A stretch of DNA of 63,574 nt, counting the filler, from Octopus bimaculoides (taxonomy: Eukaryota), in NCBI RefSeq assembly GCF_001194135.2. It is 6 parts of 5 records of this genome, joined end to end, with 100 filler letters (N's around TTAATTAATTAA, not from the genome) between each part and the next. Parts side by side here need not be neighbours in the genome. Positions count along the whole stretch, not along the records: positions 16,603 to 27,535 come from NC_068991.1; positions 27,636 to 39,240 come from NC_068988.1; 4 more parts are not named here. One strand, 5' to 3'. Every line of letters starts with the position of its first letter. The stretch's first letter is position 1. A model generated the notes under the pieces. It was not told the origin of the DNA, made no database searches, and saw nothing but the letters and a program-made list of their open reading frames with translations. Positions 25,338-37,084 of this stretch are shown piece by piece. The position numbers and the translations under genes are program-made.

Positions 25338-25645
25338 AACATCTATCTGTCTGTCTGTCTGTCTGTCTGAATGTATGTAGATATATTTCATTTCGTATCT
25401 GCTTTGCAAGATTGTTTATGTGAATTCGTGTGTTGAAACAAATATTGTGCCTTCAGAGTATAATTTCGCCAGTAGTAATAACACACGCACAGGTTCAATT
25501 CCACTTCATTATTGTTGGTTAAATATCACACCAACTAACTAATCGATCGCTTTGTTTAAAGTGTTGGTTAAACAATCGATCGGTTGTTCGTTTGTTTATT
25601 AGTAAAAGTTCATTCGTCGCTGTTCGCAGCTTCCCAGTGACTCGG

Positions 25646-25705
25646 TGACTTCCTTCCCGCTCACTCCAAGATCTGCAAACTTGGGAGCGAGCGGTAGAGA
25701 AGTCA
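25646..25705 (-). ncRNA. Candidate pre-miRNA hairpin (unrecognised family)
   Basis: About 25-bp imperfect stem with a 9-nt terminal loop in non-repetitive sequence. On the minus strand, UG lies at -14/-13 and CNNC at +17 relative to plausible Drosha cuts. No expression evidence. Confidence 0.4.
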
Positions 25706-25854
25706 ATCATATAAACATCTGATAAATTGTTTTACTAATCGATTAGTTACTAGGTTAGATATTTAACAAATTGACCAACAATAAAGAAATACAATTGAAA
25801 CTGTGCGTATGTTATTGTTGGCATATTAACTCTCTCAGGCACAACAATATATAT

Positions 25855-25889
<35 letters not shown>

Positions 25890-26789
25890 NNNNNNNNNNN
25901 NNNNNNNNNNNNNNNNNNNNNNNNNNNNNNNNNNNNNNNNNNNNNNNNNNNNNNNNNNNNNNNNNNNNNNNNNNNNNNNNNNNNNNNNNNNNNNNNNNNN
26001 NNNNNNNNNNNNNNNNNNNNNNNNNNNNNNNNNNNNNNNNNNNNNNNNNNNNNNNNNNNNNNNNNNNNNNNNNNNNNNNNNNNNNNNNNNNNNNNNNNNN
26101 NNNNNNNNNNNNNNNNNNNNNNNNNNNNNNNNNNNNNNNNNNNNNNNNNNNNNNNNNNNNNNNNNNNNNNNNNNNNNNNNNNNNNNNNNNNNNNNNNNNN
26201 NNNNNNNNNNNNNNNNNNNNNNNNNNNNNNNNNNNNNNNNNNNNNNNNNNNNNNNNNNNNNNNNNNNNNNNNNNNNNNNNNNNNNNNNNNNNNNNNNNNN
26301 NNNNNNNNNNNNNNNNNNNNNNNNNNNNNNNNNNNNNNNNNNNNNNNNNNNNNNNNNNNNNNNNNNNNNNNNNNNNNNNNNNNNNNNNNNNNNNNNNNNN
26401 NNNNNNNNNNNNNNNNNNNNNNNNNNNNNNNNNNNNNNNNNNNNNNNNNNNNNNNNNNNNNNNNNNNNNNNNNNNNNNNNNNNNNNNNNNNNNNNNNNNN
26501 NNNNNNNNNNNNNNNNNNNNNNNNNNNNNNNNNNNNNNNNNNNNNNNNNNNNNNNNNNNNNNNNNNNNNNNNNNNNNNNNNNNNNNNNNNNNNNNNNNNN
26601 NNNNNNNNNNNNNNNNNNNNNNNNNNNNNNNNNNNNNNNNNNNNNNNNNNNNNNNNNNNNNNNNNNNNNNNNNNNNNNNNACAGTCCTCTTCAAAAATAT
26701 TAACAGTTTTCATTTGGTTAAGAACTGAATTAGAGAAAGCTCTGAAAAATGCTGCGTGTGAGTAAATTTCAGCCTTAAGAATATTATTC

Positions 26790-27535
26790 AACTACTACCG
26801 TATTTGAATGATATAACAGCTGCATCCTCGTTACACGAGAAAAGCCATTGCCAAGAAGACTTACTGAAATGATTCATGATTGTTACCATGTAATGACTTT
26901 TAAGCCCGGCCAAGCTTTTACACATTTTATTACATACTAGACAACTGTGCTGGCTGGCTGGCTGGCTGGCAGGAGCAACAGGTGCCACCATATGCCCTCT
27001 CTTAACATGTCNNNNNNNNNNGCTGGCTGGCAGGAGCAACAGGTGCCACCATATGCCCTCTCTTAACATGTCTTTTTAGACCTCCAATTGAGAGGCACAC
27101 CCTTCCACATTTTACATGTTCTGTTATGAATTTTAATAGCCACATCATTGTTCATCATGGGTCAATTTCTATGAGAATTTTGATGGCTCACCAGGCCAGC
27201 ACGACTCAAATACCTCCGTCCACAAACCACATACATAAAAAGCAACACTCTCTCACTTTCCACAGGTTCCCCACTTCTAAGCCCCCTCCTAATTCTCTCA
27301 TACCTCTCTCCCTCTCAAACCTTGAACAACCATCATGCACTATCTTCCTCCATCCATCACGGTCTTGTGCTTCTCTCTCCCAATTACCAGCTGCAATTCC
27401 TGTCTGTATTAGAGCATTTTAAGGCAATCCTTAAACCTTAGTTTAGGCTTATACGCTGGTCTCCTGCCATCTTCCAGCTCGCCATACAATAGCTGCTTAG
27501 GCAGTCGCTCATCACTCATGCTTACCAAATGCCCA
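26790..27535 (-). mobile_element. RTE (BovB-like) LINE 3' fragment with terminal C2H2 finger
   Basis: GHLVSMSDERLPKQLLYGELEDGRRP...KLRFKDCLK...WEREAQDRDGWRKIV, then CLVCNKMCKSLAGLKSH. Confidence 0.85.
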
Positions 27536-28199
27536 NNNNNNNNNNNNNNNNNNNNNNNNNNNNNNNNNNNNNNNNNNNNTTAATTAATTAANNNNNNNNN
27601 NNNNNNNNNNNNNNNNNNNNNNNNNNNNNNNNNNNTACATATATGTGTATGTATGTATGTATGTATGTATGTATGTATGTATGTATGTATGTCTCTTCTG
27701 TTTCTTTAATTATCATAAATTCTTCCACTGAGGAGGGAACCGATTTTCAACAAAGATACAAGGCTTCATCTTTAGGATGTAGTTAACAGACAAATTCACA
27801 TTTGGAACTTGAGAAAAGTATTGCATATTTTTACTGTTCCACTCACAGATTGCACTTGTACGAATTAGCTGGTCGATTTCTCCTTCTGAAAATGCCAGTT
27901 TATCCAGATTCTCCTTTTAGCATTTACTAACAAAACCTAGTGCTCCAATTATTAATGGTATGAATATGAATTCATAGTCTGGATATAGAAGCTGGAGGTT
28001 TTGAAGCATTTAGCCAAAGATATCCTCTTTTTCTTTGATTTTCAAAGAGATATTTATATCTGCAGGGCAGCTGACCGCTATGATGGTACTTATCTTTGCG
28101 CCTATGTCCCCAAAACAATATCCGGCCTGTTATGCTTACATTTGACAAAAGTTTTGATGGGAATATTCCACCAGTATTTCTTGAATGTGTTCCATAACA

Positions 28200-29135
28200 G
28201 AGGGATTTTCTAAGTTTATTTCAGGACAGTTTTTTTTTTTCGGATGGGATTGTAAATTGTTTTAGCAACAAGATCGTGTCGCATAGGGAGGTAGTACGTG
28301 ACGACATTTTAGGACGGTTGCTAATCACTTGCGTGATGTCTTCCACAGAGACATGGCATAGCCTACACATGCGGTTGCACCTTGGGATTACAAGAGCGCC
28401 ACTGTCTCTCTTGTTCACCAGGTACTTTATGGCAATATCCTGTTCCTGGATTGCAAACGCATAACCTTCAAAGTGTGATGTAATATACTGGTCTTGTGTC
28501 CAAGAGAGGCTGCGCTTCGTGTCAATTCTACTATCTTCTTCAAGCTTCCGGGTAACCTACCCATGCATAGTCTTTTTTTTTTGTATGCTGAGTGCTTTCC
28601 ATCCAGGTCTTCTCTGGGGTAAGAGAGCCCAGCTGTTTTGGGGTTGTATAGGAGACCATCAGGGAGAGAGTGCTTCTTGAGGAGCTCACTGCCAATTCAT
28701 ACGATGTTGCTCACTTCACGTTTCAGCACTGCGTTTATATATTATTTTTGCTGCTGTTATTCAGCAGGTGCTGCCTGAGTGATACCATACAGCATTCGAA
28801 GGCTGTCTGCACTGATCTCAGGCCTCTACCGCCTTCATCTCTTCTTAGGTGGAGCCTGTCAACATCACTGTTTCTGTGGAAGTTCCCAGTTGTTGTCAGG
28901 ATTTTGCGGGTTTTGATATCTATGGAGTGGATTTCCTCTACAGATCAATCAAGTATCCCAAATGTTGGAATCAGCACTGGTACTGCAAATGCATTGTGGG
29001 ATATTTTGTTGTAAAAGGAAAGTTTCGACTGCCATATTTTCCTGAGTCTGGTGTAATATTCTCGAGTGACTCTATCTTTATTCACAGTGCCTTCATGTGA
29101 TACATTTTCATCTAGACCTAGGTACTTGTAACGTC
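28200..29135 (-). mobile_element. RLE-type (R4/Dong-like) LINE fragment: RT thumb to CCHC finger
   Basis: YKYLGLDEN...KDRVTREYYTRLRKIWQSKLS..NKI.HNAFAVPVLIPTFGILD, and CRLCHVSVEDITQVISNRPKMS (degenerate CCHC). Frameshifted. Confidence 0.8.
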
Positions 29136-29648
29136 CCAGCGCATACATACATGCAGACATACACATGTACGCATATTGAGTACATCAACGCCTGGGTTAG
29201 TGTCCAGACGCGCGTTTGGCCCATTGTTGTCACAATATCTCTCTAGGAAAGGGAAACTGAGAGAAAACCTGCAATACTGACAACATTCGATGATGTAGAC
29301 TAGTTCTTCTTTTCGAGTTTATGTTGTCCCTGTTCAGTCGGATTGGATTTGTGAAATTTTTTCCGCACTATACAAAATCATCATGCACAGGCATCGCTTG
29401 TAAAAAAAAAAAGGGAAGAGCTATCACAAAAAGAGGTGGTCATAGCCTTTCCATGTGTGGGACTTTCGATCAGGCGATGGCAATACTCGAACACGAATTT
29501 GCAGTCATGTATGTATGTATGTATGTATGTATGTTTGTGGTGTATGTTGTGTCACCAACTACTTACTTCCTTCCGGTCAATTCAACATGTGTAACGATGA
29601 ATCTAGACACCTTTTCTCTCTCCATTTTTATACCTCCCTCTAACTGTT

Positions 29649-29757
29649 TTCTCTCCTCGATCCTTCTTGTAGAAGAGCATAGGCTCGAATCGTCAAAGAC
29701 TTCTTCCATTTATCCTAAGTGTCAAACAAATACTCCCAGTTTGTTGTTCGCTTACTC

Positions 29758-29793
<36 letters not shown>

Positions 29794-30067
29794 TTTCGTA
29801 TAATTTCGAAAATGCTTACACACACACACGCACACACACAAACAAACACATACACACACACACACATACATGCATACGTATGCATGTATATCCAAGACTA
29901 CAATAACATAGGAGAATTCATTTAAGTGTTTAAGTGGTCATATTACAACAGCATGAATAACGTTTAATACACGAATGAAATTTGAATAATGAAAGATTCA
30001 CATGGAGTTCTAAGCGTTTCAACATTGGTTAATTATTCCGCCGTCTCAATCGAAATAACACTGCTTA

Positions 30068-30129
<62 letters not shown>

Positions 30130-30672
30130 NNNNNNNNNNNNNNNNNNNNNNNNNNNNNNNNNNNNNNNNNNNNNNNNNNNNNNNNNNNNNNNNNNNNNNN
30201 NNNNNNNNNNNNNNNNNNNNNNNNNNNNNNNNNNNNNNNNNNNNNNNNNNNNNNNNNNNNNNNNNNNNNNNNNNNNNNNNNNNNNNNNNNNNNNNNNNNN
30301 NNNNNNNNNNNNNNNNNNNNNNNNNNNNNNNNNNNNNNNNNNNNNNNNNNNNNNNNNNNNNNNNNNNNNNNNNNNNNNNNNNNNNNNNNNNNNNNNNNNN
30401 NNNNNNNNNNNNNNNNNNNNNNNNNNNNNNNNNNNNNNNNNNNNNNNNNNNNNNNNNNNNNNNNNNNNNNNNNNNNNNNNNNNNNNNNNNNNNNGTATAT
30501 ATGCTTGTATGTATGTATATATAGATATAGATATAGGTACAGATATAGACACCCACACATAAAATGGGTGTGTGTGTGGGTGTGTATGTATGTATTAACG
30601 TTGTATAAAATAGAAATAGATTGACACATATGGACAGACAAACAGAGAGACAGACTGACAGAAAGACAGACT

Positions 30673-30730
<58 letters not shown>

Positions 30731-30755
30731 GTGTGTGTGTGTGTGTGCCTGTGTC

Positions 30756-30797
<42 letters not shown>

Positions 30798-30840
30798 TGT
30801 GTGTGTATGTGTAAAAGCATTTTCGAAATTATACGAAAAT

Positions 30841-30880
<40 letters not shown>

Positions 30881-30987
30881 GAGTGAGCGAACAACAAACA
30901 GTATATTTGTTTGACACTTAGGATAAATGGAAGAAGTCTTTGACGATTCGAGCCTATGCTCTTCTACAAGAAGGAATGAGGAGAGAA
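29649..30987. repeat. Inverted duplication: arms about 29649-29870 and 30770-30987
   Basis: Both arms carry repeat tail, (CT)n, the unique GATTTTCGTATAATTTCGAAAATGCT and (CA)n, in opposite orientation, with shared private variants and a few differences. Confidence 0.85.
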
Positions 30988-31170
30988 TGATATTGCAGGG
31001 TAGGTGTGATAGGCTGAATCTGGCCAGTTTTAACACAAAACAGGCAGAATGTATTGACCAGAATGTGGCCGGATTAAAGGCTAAAGCAGTGTTTTTCAAC
31101 CGGGGTTCATATGACCCTTAAATTACTTAAGTTCTACAATACAGAAAATATTTTAACAACTTTTAATACA

Positions 31171-31717
31171 ATTCTTTTATTTGTTTCAGTCATTTGACTG
31201 CGGCCATGCTGGAGCACCGCCTTTAGTTGAGCAAATCGACTCCAGGACTTATTCTTTGTAAGCCTAGTACTTATTCTATCGGTCTCTTTTGCCGAACCGC
31301 TAGGAGACGGGGACGTAAACAAACCAGCATCGGTTGTCAACCGATGTTGGGGGGACAAACATATACATACATACGTGTGGTAAGTAGCTTGCTTACCAAC
31401 CACATGGTTCCGGGTTCAGTTCCACTGCGTGGCACCTTGGGCAAGTGTCTTCTACTATAGCCTCGGGCCGACCAAAGCCTTGTGAGTGGATTTGGTAGAC
31501 GGAAANNNNNNNNNNNNNNNNNNNNNNNNNNNNNNNNNNNNNNNNNNNNNNNNNNNNNNNNNNNNNNNNNNNNNNNNNNNNNNNNNNNNNNNNNNNNNNN
31601 NNNNNNNNNNNNNNNNNNNNNNNNNNNNCTTACAAAGAATAAGTCCTGGGGTCGATTTGATTCGACTAAAGGCGGTGCTTCAGCATGGCCGCTGTCAAAT
31701 GACTGAAACAAGTAAAA

Positions 31718-31754
<37 letters not shown>

Positions 31755-31920
31755 TACGACGGGCTTCTTTCAGTTTCCGTCTACCAAATCCACTCACAAG
31801 GCTTTGGTCGGCCCGACGCTATAGTAGAAGACACTTGCCCAAGGTACCACGCAGTGGGACTGAACCCAGAACCATGTGGCTGGTAATCATGCTAGTTACC
31901 ACACAGCCACTCCTACGCCT
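31171..31920. mobile_element. Nested antiparallel pair of family A SINEs
   Basis: A minus copy (head about 31755-31920, tail 31171-31350) has a plus copy (about 31374-31720, containing a gap) inserted at its central microsatellite. Confidence 0.75.
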
Positions 31921-32038
31921 ATATTGGAGGAGGGGACGAGTCGATTACATCGACCCCAGTGTTTCGTTGGTACTTAATTTATCGACTCCGAAAGGGTGAA
32001 AGGCAAAGTCGACCCCGGGTTACTACTAATAATAATGA

Positions 32039-32256
32039 GGTGCAGGCGTGACTGTGTGGTAAGAAGCTGGTTTCCCAACCACATGGTTCCGGGTTCAGTC
32101 CCACTGCGTGTCACCTCGGGTAAGTGTCTTCTACTATAATCTCGGGCTGACCAAAGCCTTGTGAGTGAATTTGGTAGACGGAAACTGAAAGAAGCCCGTT
32201 GTATATTTTATGTGTGTGTGTGTGTNNNNNNNNNNAAAGAAGCCCGTTGTATATTT

Positions 32257-32311
<55 letters not shown>

Positions 32312-32520
32312 TTATATGAGTGTGTCTGTGTCTGTGTTTGTCCTCTCGCCATCGCTTGACAACTGACGCTGGTGTGTTTATGTGCCCCGTAAATTAGCGA
32401 TTCGGCAAAAGAGACCGATAGAGTAAGTACCAGGCTTACAAAGAATAACACTGGGATTGATGAAATACACTACACCATTGAAGTCGGTACTCCACCCTAG
32501 CCACAGCTTAATGACTGAGC
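32039..32520 (+). mobile_element. SINE family A, full length
   Basis: GGTGCAGGCGTGACTGTGTGGTAAGAAG...CCGGGTTCAGTCCCACTGCGTG...(GT)n...TTAGCGATTCGGCAAAAGAGACCGATAG. Confidence 0.85.
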
Positions 32521-33118
32521 CACGTAAAAAAAAAATACAGCAATTGACGTACAATCACTCACGTACTCATACATACACACGCAATTAAACTCACATAAAC
32601 AGGCTAATCACGTCCACATACACACACACACACACACACGCAATTAGATCCACATATATACAGCAATCACATTCGCATACATACACGATCACATTGACAC
32701 ATAGTCACATACATAGCGACACAAATAGTGGGAGTTAATCATTTCTCCATACATCTATAGCGTACGACACACGCACACACACACAAACACACACACACAC
32801 ACACACTTAAGCACTGACCTTCATTTACAAACACACGCACACACGCATACTGACCTACACAATGACATACGCACATAGACACATGCAGATATACACACTA
32901 AGCACATTCATACATACACATAACTACTGTCACACGCGCATACGCACACGCAGTTATACAGACACAAAGTTAAGCATTTCTCCTACATACATCTATAGCG
33001 TACAAAACGCATAGGCGCGAACGCACACACTATTATATACGCTGACACACACAAACACACGCATGTACACACTCGCACACACACGCACGCACGCGCGCAC
33101 ACACGTACAAACACTTAC

Positions 33119-33192
33119 TGATGTCAGTTTGTTGACCAAGTTTATTGTGGGACGGTAATTCTTCACAAGAGCAGAGAACATGGATAGCAACA
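33119..33192 (-). other. Candidate 74-nt internal exon
   Basis: Branch point CACTAAC, pyrimidine tract CTCTCTTGTAG| and donor TCA|GTAAGTGT, in an island of unique sequence among microsatellites. Confidence 0.35.
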
Positions 33193-33441
33193 CTACAAGA
33201 GAGGTTCGCAACAGGTTAGTGAAATTTTTTAAATATAATTTTTATTGTATATGTTGTTGTATTGTTGTTTAGGTTTTACGTGCGCTTCTCTATCTGTCTT
33301 TCTCTCTCTCTCTCTCTCGCGGTACATATTACAACTCGTGTTGTTTTTACCTCATTCCGCCTGCATTATGTACGTACGTACGTACGTACGTATGTATGTA
33401 TCTATGTATGTATGTATGAATATTATCTATCTATCTATCTA

Positions 33442-33510
<69 letters not shown>

Positions 33511-34719
33511 GTATTTATTTGTACATAAACACAGACAGTTATACATAGACACACACACACGCATAAAAATGTATATACACACACGCCTATAAATGTACAT
33601 GTCTACATACACGTACACATTTATTCTTACGCATATATATATATATATATATAATTTTATTACTAATTGGCAATTCCCTGCCCTATCTCTGTATATATAT
33701 ATACACATGTAGACATACACACACATTTATGTATACGTACTAAGCACATTCATACATACACATAACTACTGTCGCACACACACACACACTAATACACTTG
33801 CTTGTTCTTCCTACAGCTGTCTTCGTTTTTTGTTTTTCCATAAATTTGAACAATATATATATATGTATACATACACACACACACGCGCAACATATATTCA
33901 GGCATATATATTTATATACATACACGCTCATATCTATAGACATGTATACGTGTACTTACACACGCACGCACGCACGCACGCACACACGGGCATATGTATG
34001 TATACTAATTGTATATATTAAGTTTTTGACATAGTAACAGCTTCACCTCATAACAGCCATGAACGAGCTAACGGGTAACCAAAAGCGTTCCAGTCGTGAC
34101 TAGTCCATTTTTTTCAACAGAAATAAAATGTATAAATAATCCTATATCTAGAACTGCGTTATCCAAAGTGATTTTCTTTNNNNNNNNNNNNNNNNNNNNN
34201 NNNNNNNNNNNNNNNNNNNNNNNNNNNNNNNNNNNNNNNNNNNNNNNNNNNNNNNNNNNNNNNNNNNNNNNNNNNNNNNNNNNNNNNNNNNNNNNNNNNN
34301 NNNNNNNNNNNNNNNNNNNNNNNNNNNNNNNNNNNNNNNNNNNNNNNNNNNNNNNNNNNNNNNNNNNNNNNNNNNNNNNNNNNNNNNNNNNNNNNNNNNN
34401 NNNNNNNNNNNNNNNNNNNNNNNNNNNNNNNNNNNNNNNNNNNNNNNNNNNNNNNNNNNNNNNNNNNNNNNNNNNNNNNNNNNNNNNNNNNNNNNNNNNN
34501 NNNNNNNNNNNNNNNNNNNNNNNNNNNNNNNNNNNNNNNNNNNNNNNNNNNNNNNNNNNNNNNNNNNNNNNNNNNNNNNNNNNNNNNNNNNNNNNGAACA
34601 AAAAACAATAGAGAAGAGTAAAAAACACTTGCCTTTAGTTAATTTAGTACAATTGTTTCACAGTTAAGAGTACATAATACTCTATTCTGATCTTCAGCTA
34701 TATATATGTATGTATGTGT

Positions 34720-34941
34720 GTGTGTATATGTTTGTGTGTCTGTGTTTGTTCCCCCAACATCGCTTGACAACCGATGGTGGTGTGATTACGTCCCCGTAAC
34801 TTAGCGGTTCGGCAAAAGAGACTGATAGAATAAGTACTAGGCTTACAAAGAATAAGTCCTGGGGTCGATTTGCTCGACTAAAGGCGGTGCTCCAGCATGG
34901 CCGCAGTCAAATGACTGAAACAAGTAAAAGAGTAAAAGAGT
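34720..34941 (+). mobile_element. SINE family A, 3' half, near-consensus
   Basis: CCCCAACATCGCTTGACAACCGATG...TTAGCGGTTCGGCAAAAGAG...GGCGGTGCTCCAGCATGGCCGCAGTCAAATGACTGAAACAAGTAAAAGAGTAAAAGAG. Confidence 0.85.
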
Positions 34942-36122
34942 ATATCTATCACACACCTCCTCTCTGTTCCATTGTCTCTCTCTGTCACATACATACTCTG
35001 ATTTCTCAATCTCTCTCATACAGTGTCTACCTTTCTCGCTATCTCACCTTCTGTTGTATTTTCTCTCACATTTTCACTCAATTTGCCTTTCCTTTTCTTT
35101 CTCTGTCTCTCACACACACACACACACACTCTATTTCTTCTCTCGTTTTCATTGTCTTTCTTTTTCCCTTTCTCTCTCTCTTTCACACATACTTTGTATT
35201 TCCCTTTCTCGCTTCTCTCTCACTCTCTGTTTCCCACGCTCACACTGTCCCATCTTTCTCATTTTCTCTCTCTGTCACACACACACACCCGCGTGCTACG
35301 CGCACAGTTTCTCATCTTCTAATTTTCGTTTTTATTTCCTATTCCATAAAACTTGGAACTGACTAAGTTGTTAAGCCCTAACCTAATCAAACAGATTCAT
35401 TAAGTTTTCTGACTCTGACCATTCCGTCTCTTAATAGTTTAGAGGATACATTTTTCAACGAGCCCTCATTTAAAACGGTAAAGTGTGATTGGAGTGAGCT
35501 TAGGCTGCTGTTTCTAGCAAGTGGAATGACGTAGAAGCCCCCTTGTTTCTCGTTCTCCTGTTATGGTTGTTGTTATTTAATTTCAAGTCAGCTCTGATCT
35601 ACCAAACCTATAGGCAATGTTTCGATATTAGTACATGACGTCAATTATGAGTGAGTGTGTGTGCATGTGTGTGTTTGACTGTTCAGTTCTGTCGAGCATA
35701 TGAAAGATAAGGTCGCTCTCACATGACGTCGTAGACTTTTACCGAAAGATTGCTGTACATTATCCGATATAGGCTTTCTTAATCACAGGTCGATACCTAT
35801 ATTCGTTTTGATGCTGCTGTCATTTAACCCCAGGTCGTTCCTAATTGATTAGGTCTATGATCAATGATATCCCAGCTGTGACCATCCTGCTTTTATTTTT
35901 TTATTTTCTTTCTATTTCTGAAAATACAGTTGTCCAGTTTCTAAAGGCAATAGGGTCTGATTTGATGGATATTAGGCTGTTATTTATAGTAGATCGAGCG
36001 ACAATGTAAAACATCTCTGTTAGGACAGTATATTGATGTTGCTGTTGATACGGATGGCGTGTAAATGGAACCAACAGATGTCGACTGCCTCATTAATAAA
36101 TATAAAGCAATCAGCATTCGTT

Positions 36123-36196
36123 GGCCGGTTAGCTCAGTTGGTTAGAGCGTCGTGCTAATAACGCGAATGTCGTGGGTTCGAGCCCCATACTGGCCA
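36123..36196 (+). tRNA. tRNA-Ile-AAT: tRNA-Ile (anticodon AAT), intronless
   Basis: Full cloverleaf. Acceptor stem GGCCGGT/ACTGGCC; D arm with A box TAGCTCAGTTGG; anticodon stem TCGTG/CGCGA with loop CTAATAA; T arm GTGGG-TTCGAGC-CCCAT; discriminator A. Close to the canonical metazoan Ile-AAT sequence. Confidence 0.92.
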
Positions 36197-36207
36197 GTGG
36201 CACTTTC

Positions 36208-36215
36208 TTTTTTTT
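36208..36215 (+). terminator. RNA polymerase III terminator (T8) of the tRNA-Ile gene
   Basis: Run of 8 T beginning 12 nt after the discriminator base. Confidence 0.75.
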
Positions 36216-36556
36216 AATCTATAAAGATTATTGATTATTCTAGTAGAATCGATATCTATGTCAGACGGGTCGATGTGCAACCAAGCTGACTTTGCTTTTC
36301 ATCCTTCCGAGATTGATAAAATTATTTCTGATAAAGTATTAGTGGCGACTTAATCTACCACCTCTGTTAGAAGTAATGAAACATGGTGACACTAATTTGG
36401 ATATTGTCTTTTAAGTCGATGACGGCTCTGAATAGTTTATGCTAATTTGTGCTAACTTTCTATATCAACTAGTGTACAATATTGTTCAAAATTGTACATT
36501 TCTTCCTCATGACATAAAAGTATGAACATAGGTTCATGAGATGGTTGTGATCTGTA

Positions 36557-36803
36557 CAGTAATCCCTTATCACGGGTGTTACGTTCCAAACCCACCGCGA
36601 AAGGTGAAAATCCGCGAAGTAGAAACAGTACTGTATTGTATATACATTTTTTTATTTTTATAAAATATGTATATATTTATTTTATTATAAATGCAAAACA
36701 GCACTACGGGGGAATCAACATAAGCTTAAATAATAAACCGCGATAGGTGAACCGCGATAGGTGAACCGCGATAGGTGAACCGCGATATGGCTAGGGATTA
36801 CTG
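36557..36803. mobile_element. Tigger/pogo-like MITE
   Basis: TA|CAGTAATCCCT...AGGGATTACTG|TA termini with TA duplication. Internal 14-bp unit AACCGCGATAGGTG repeated 3.7 times (36736-36787). Confidence 0.85.
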
Positions 36804-37084
36804 TAAACAGTTTTGAGTAGTTTCACAACCATTGGAGAGCGAAGCGCTCCTCACGAACGCAGGTTCGTAAGTTGGTTGTGATCTATAAACAGTTTTGATC
36901 AGGAACCAGAAAGAGAAGAATAAAACGCAATGCACATGTCAAAATAAAACGGAAGAGAAGAATAGAACAAGTTATATGATAGTCTACATTCCACGTCTGA
37001 CATCACTATCACGCAGCAGCATTCCTGCAATTTTTTTGTTATTTTTCAGTATGTGTGTGCTGTTCCTGGTACTTTTTCACTGAT

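Noticed and set aside
26961-27072. Exact 51-bp direct repeat across a 10-N gap (similar cases at 32188-32260 and the 9-bp overlap at 24166-24281)
   Set aside because: Identical sequence on both sides of a short gap is an unmerged contig overlap, not a biological duplication.
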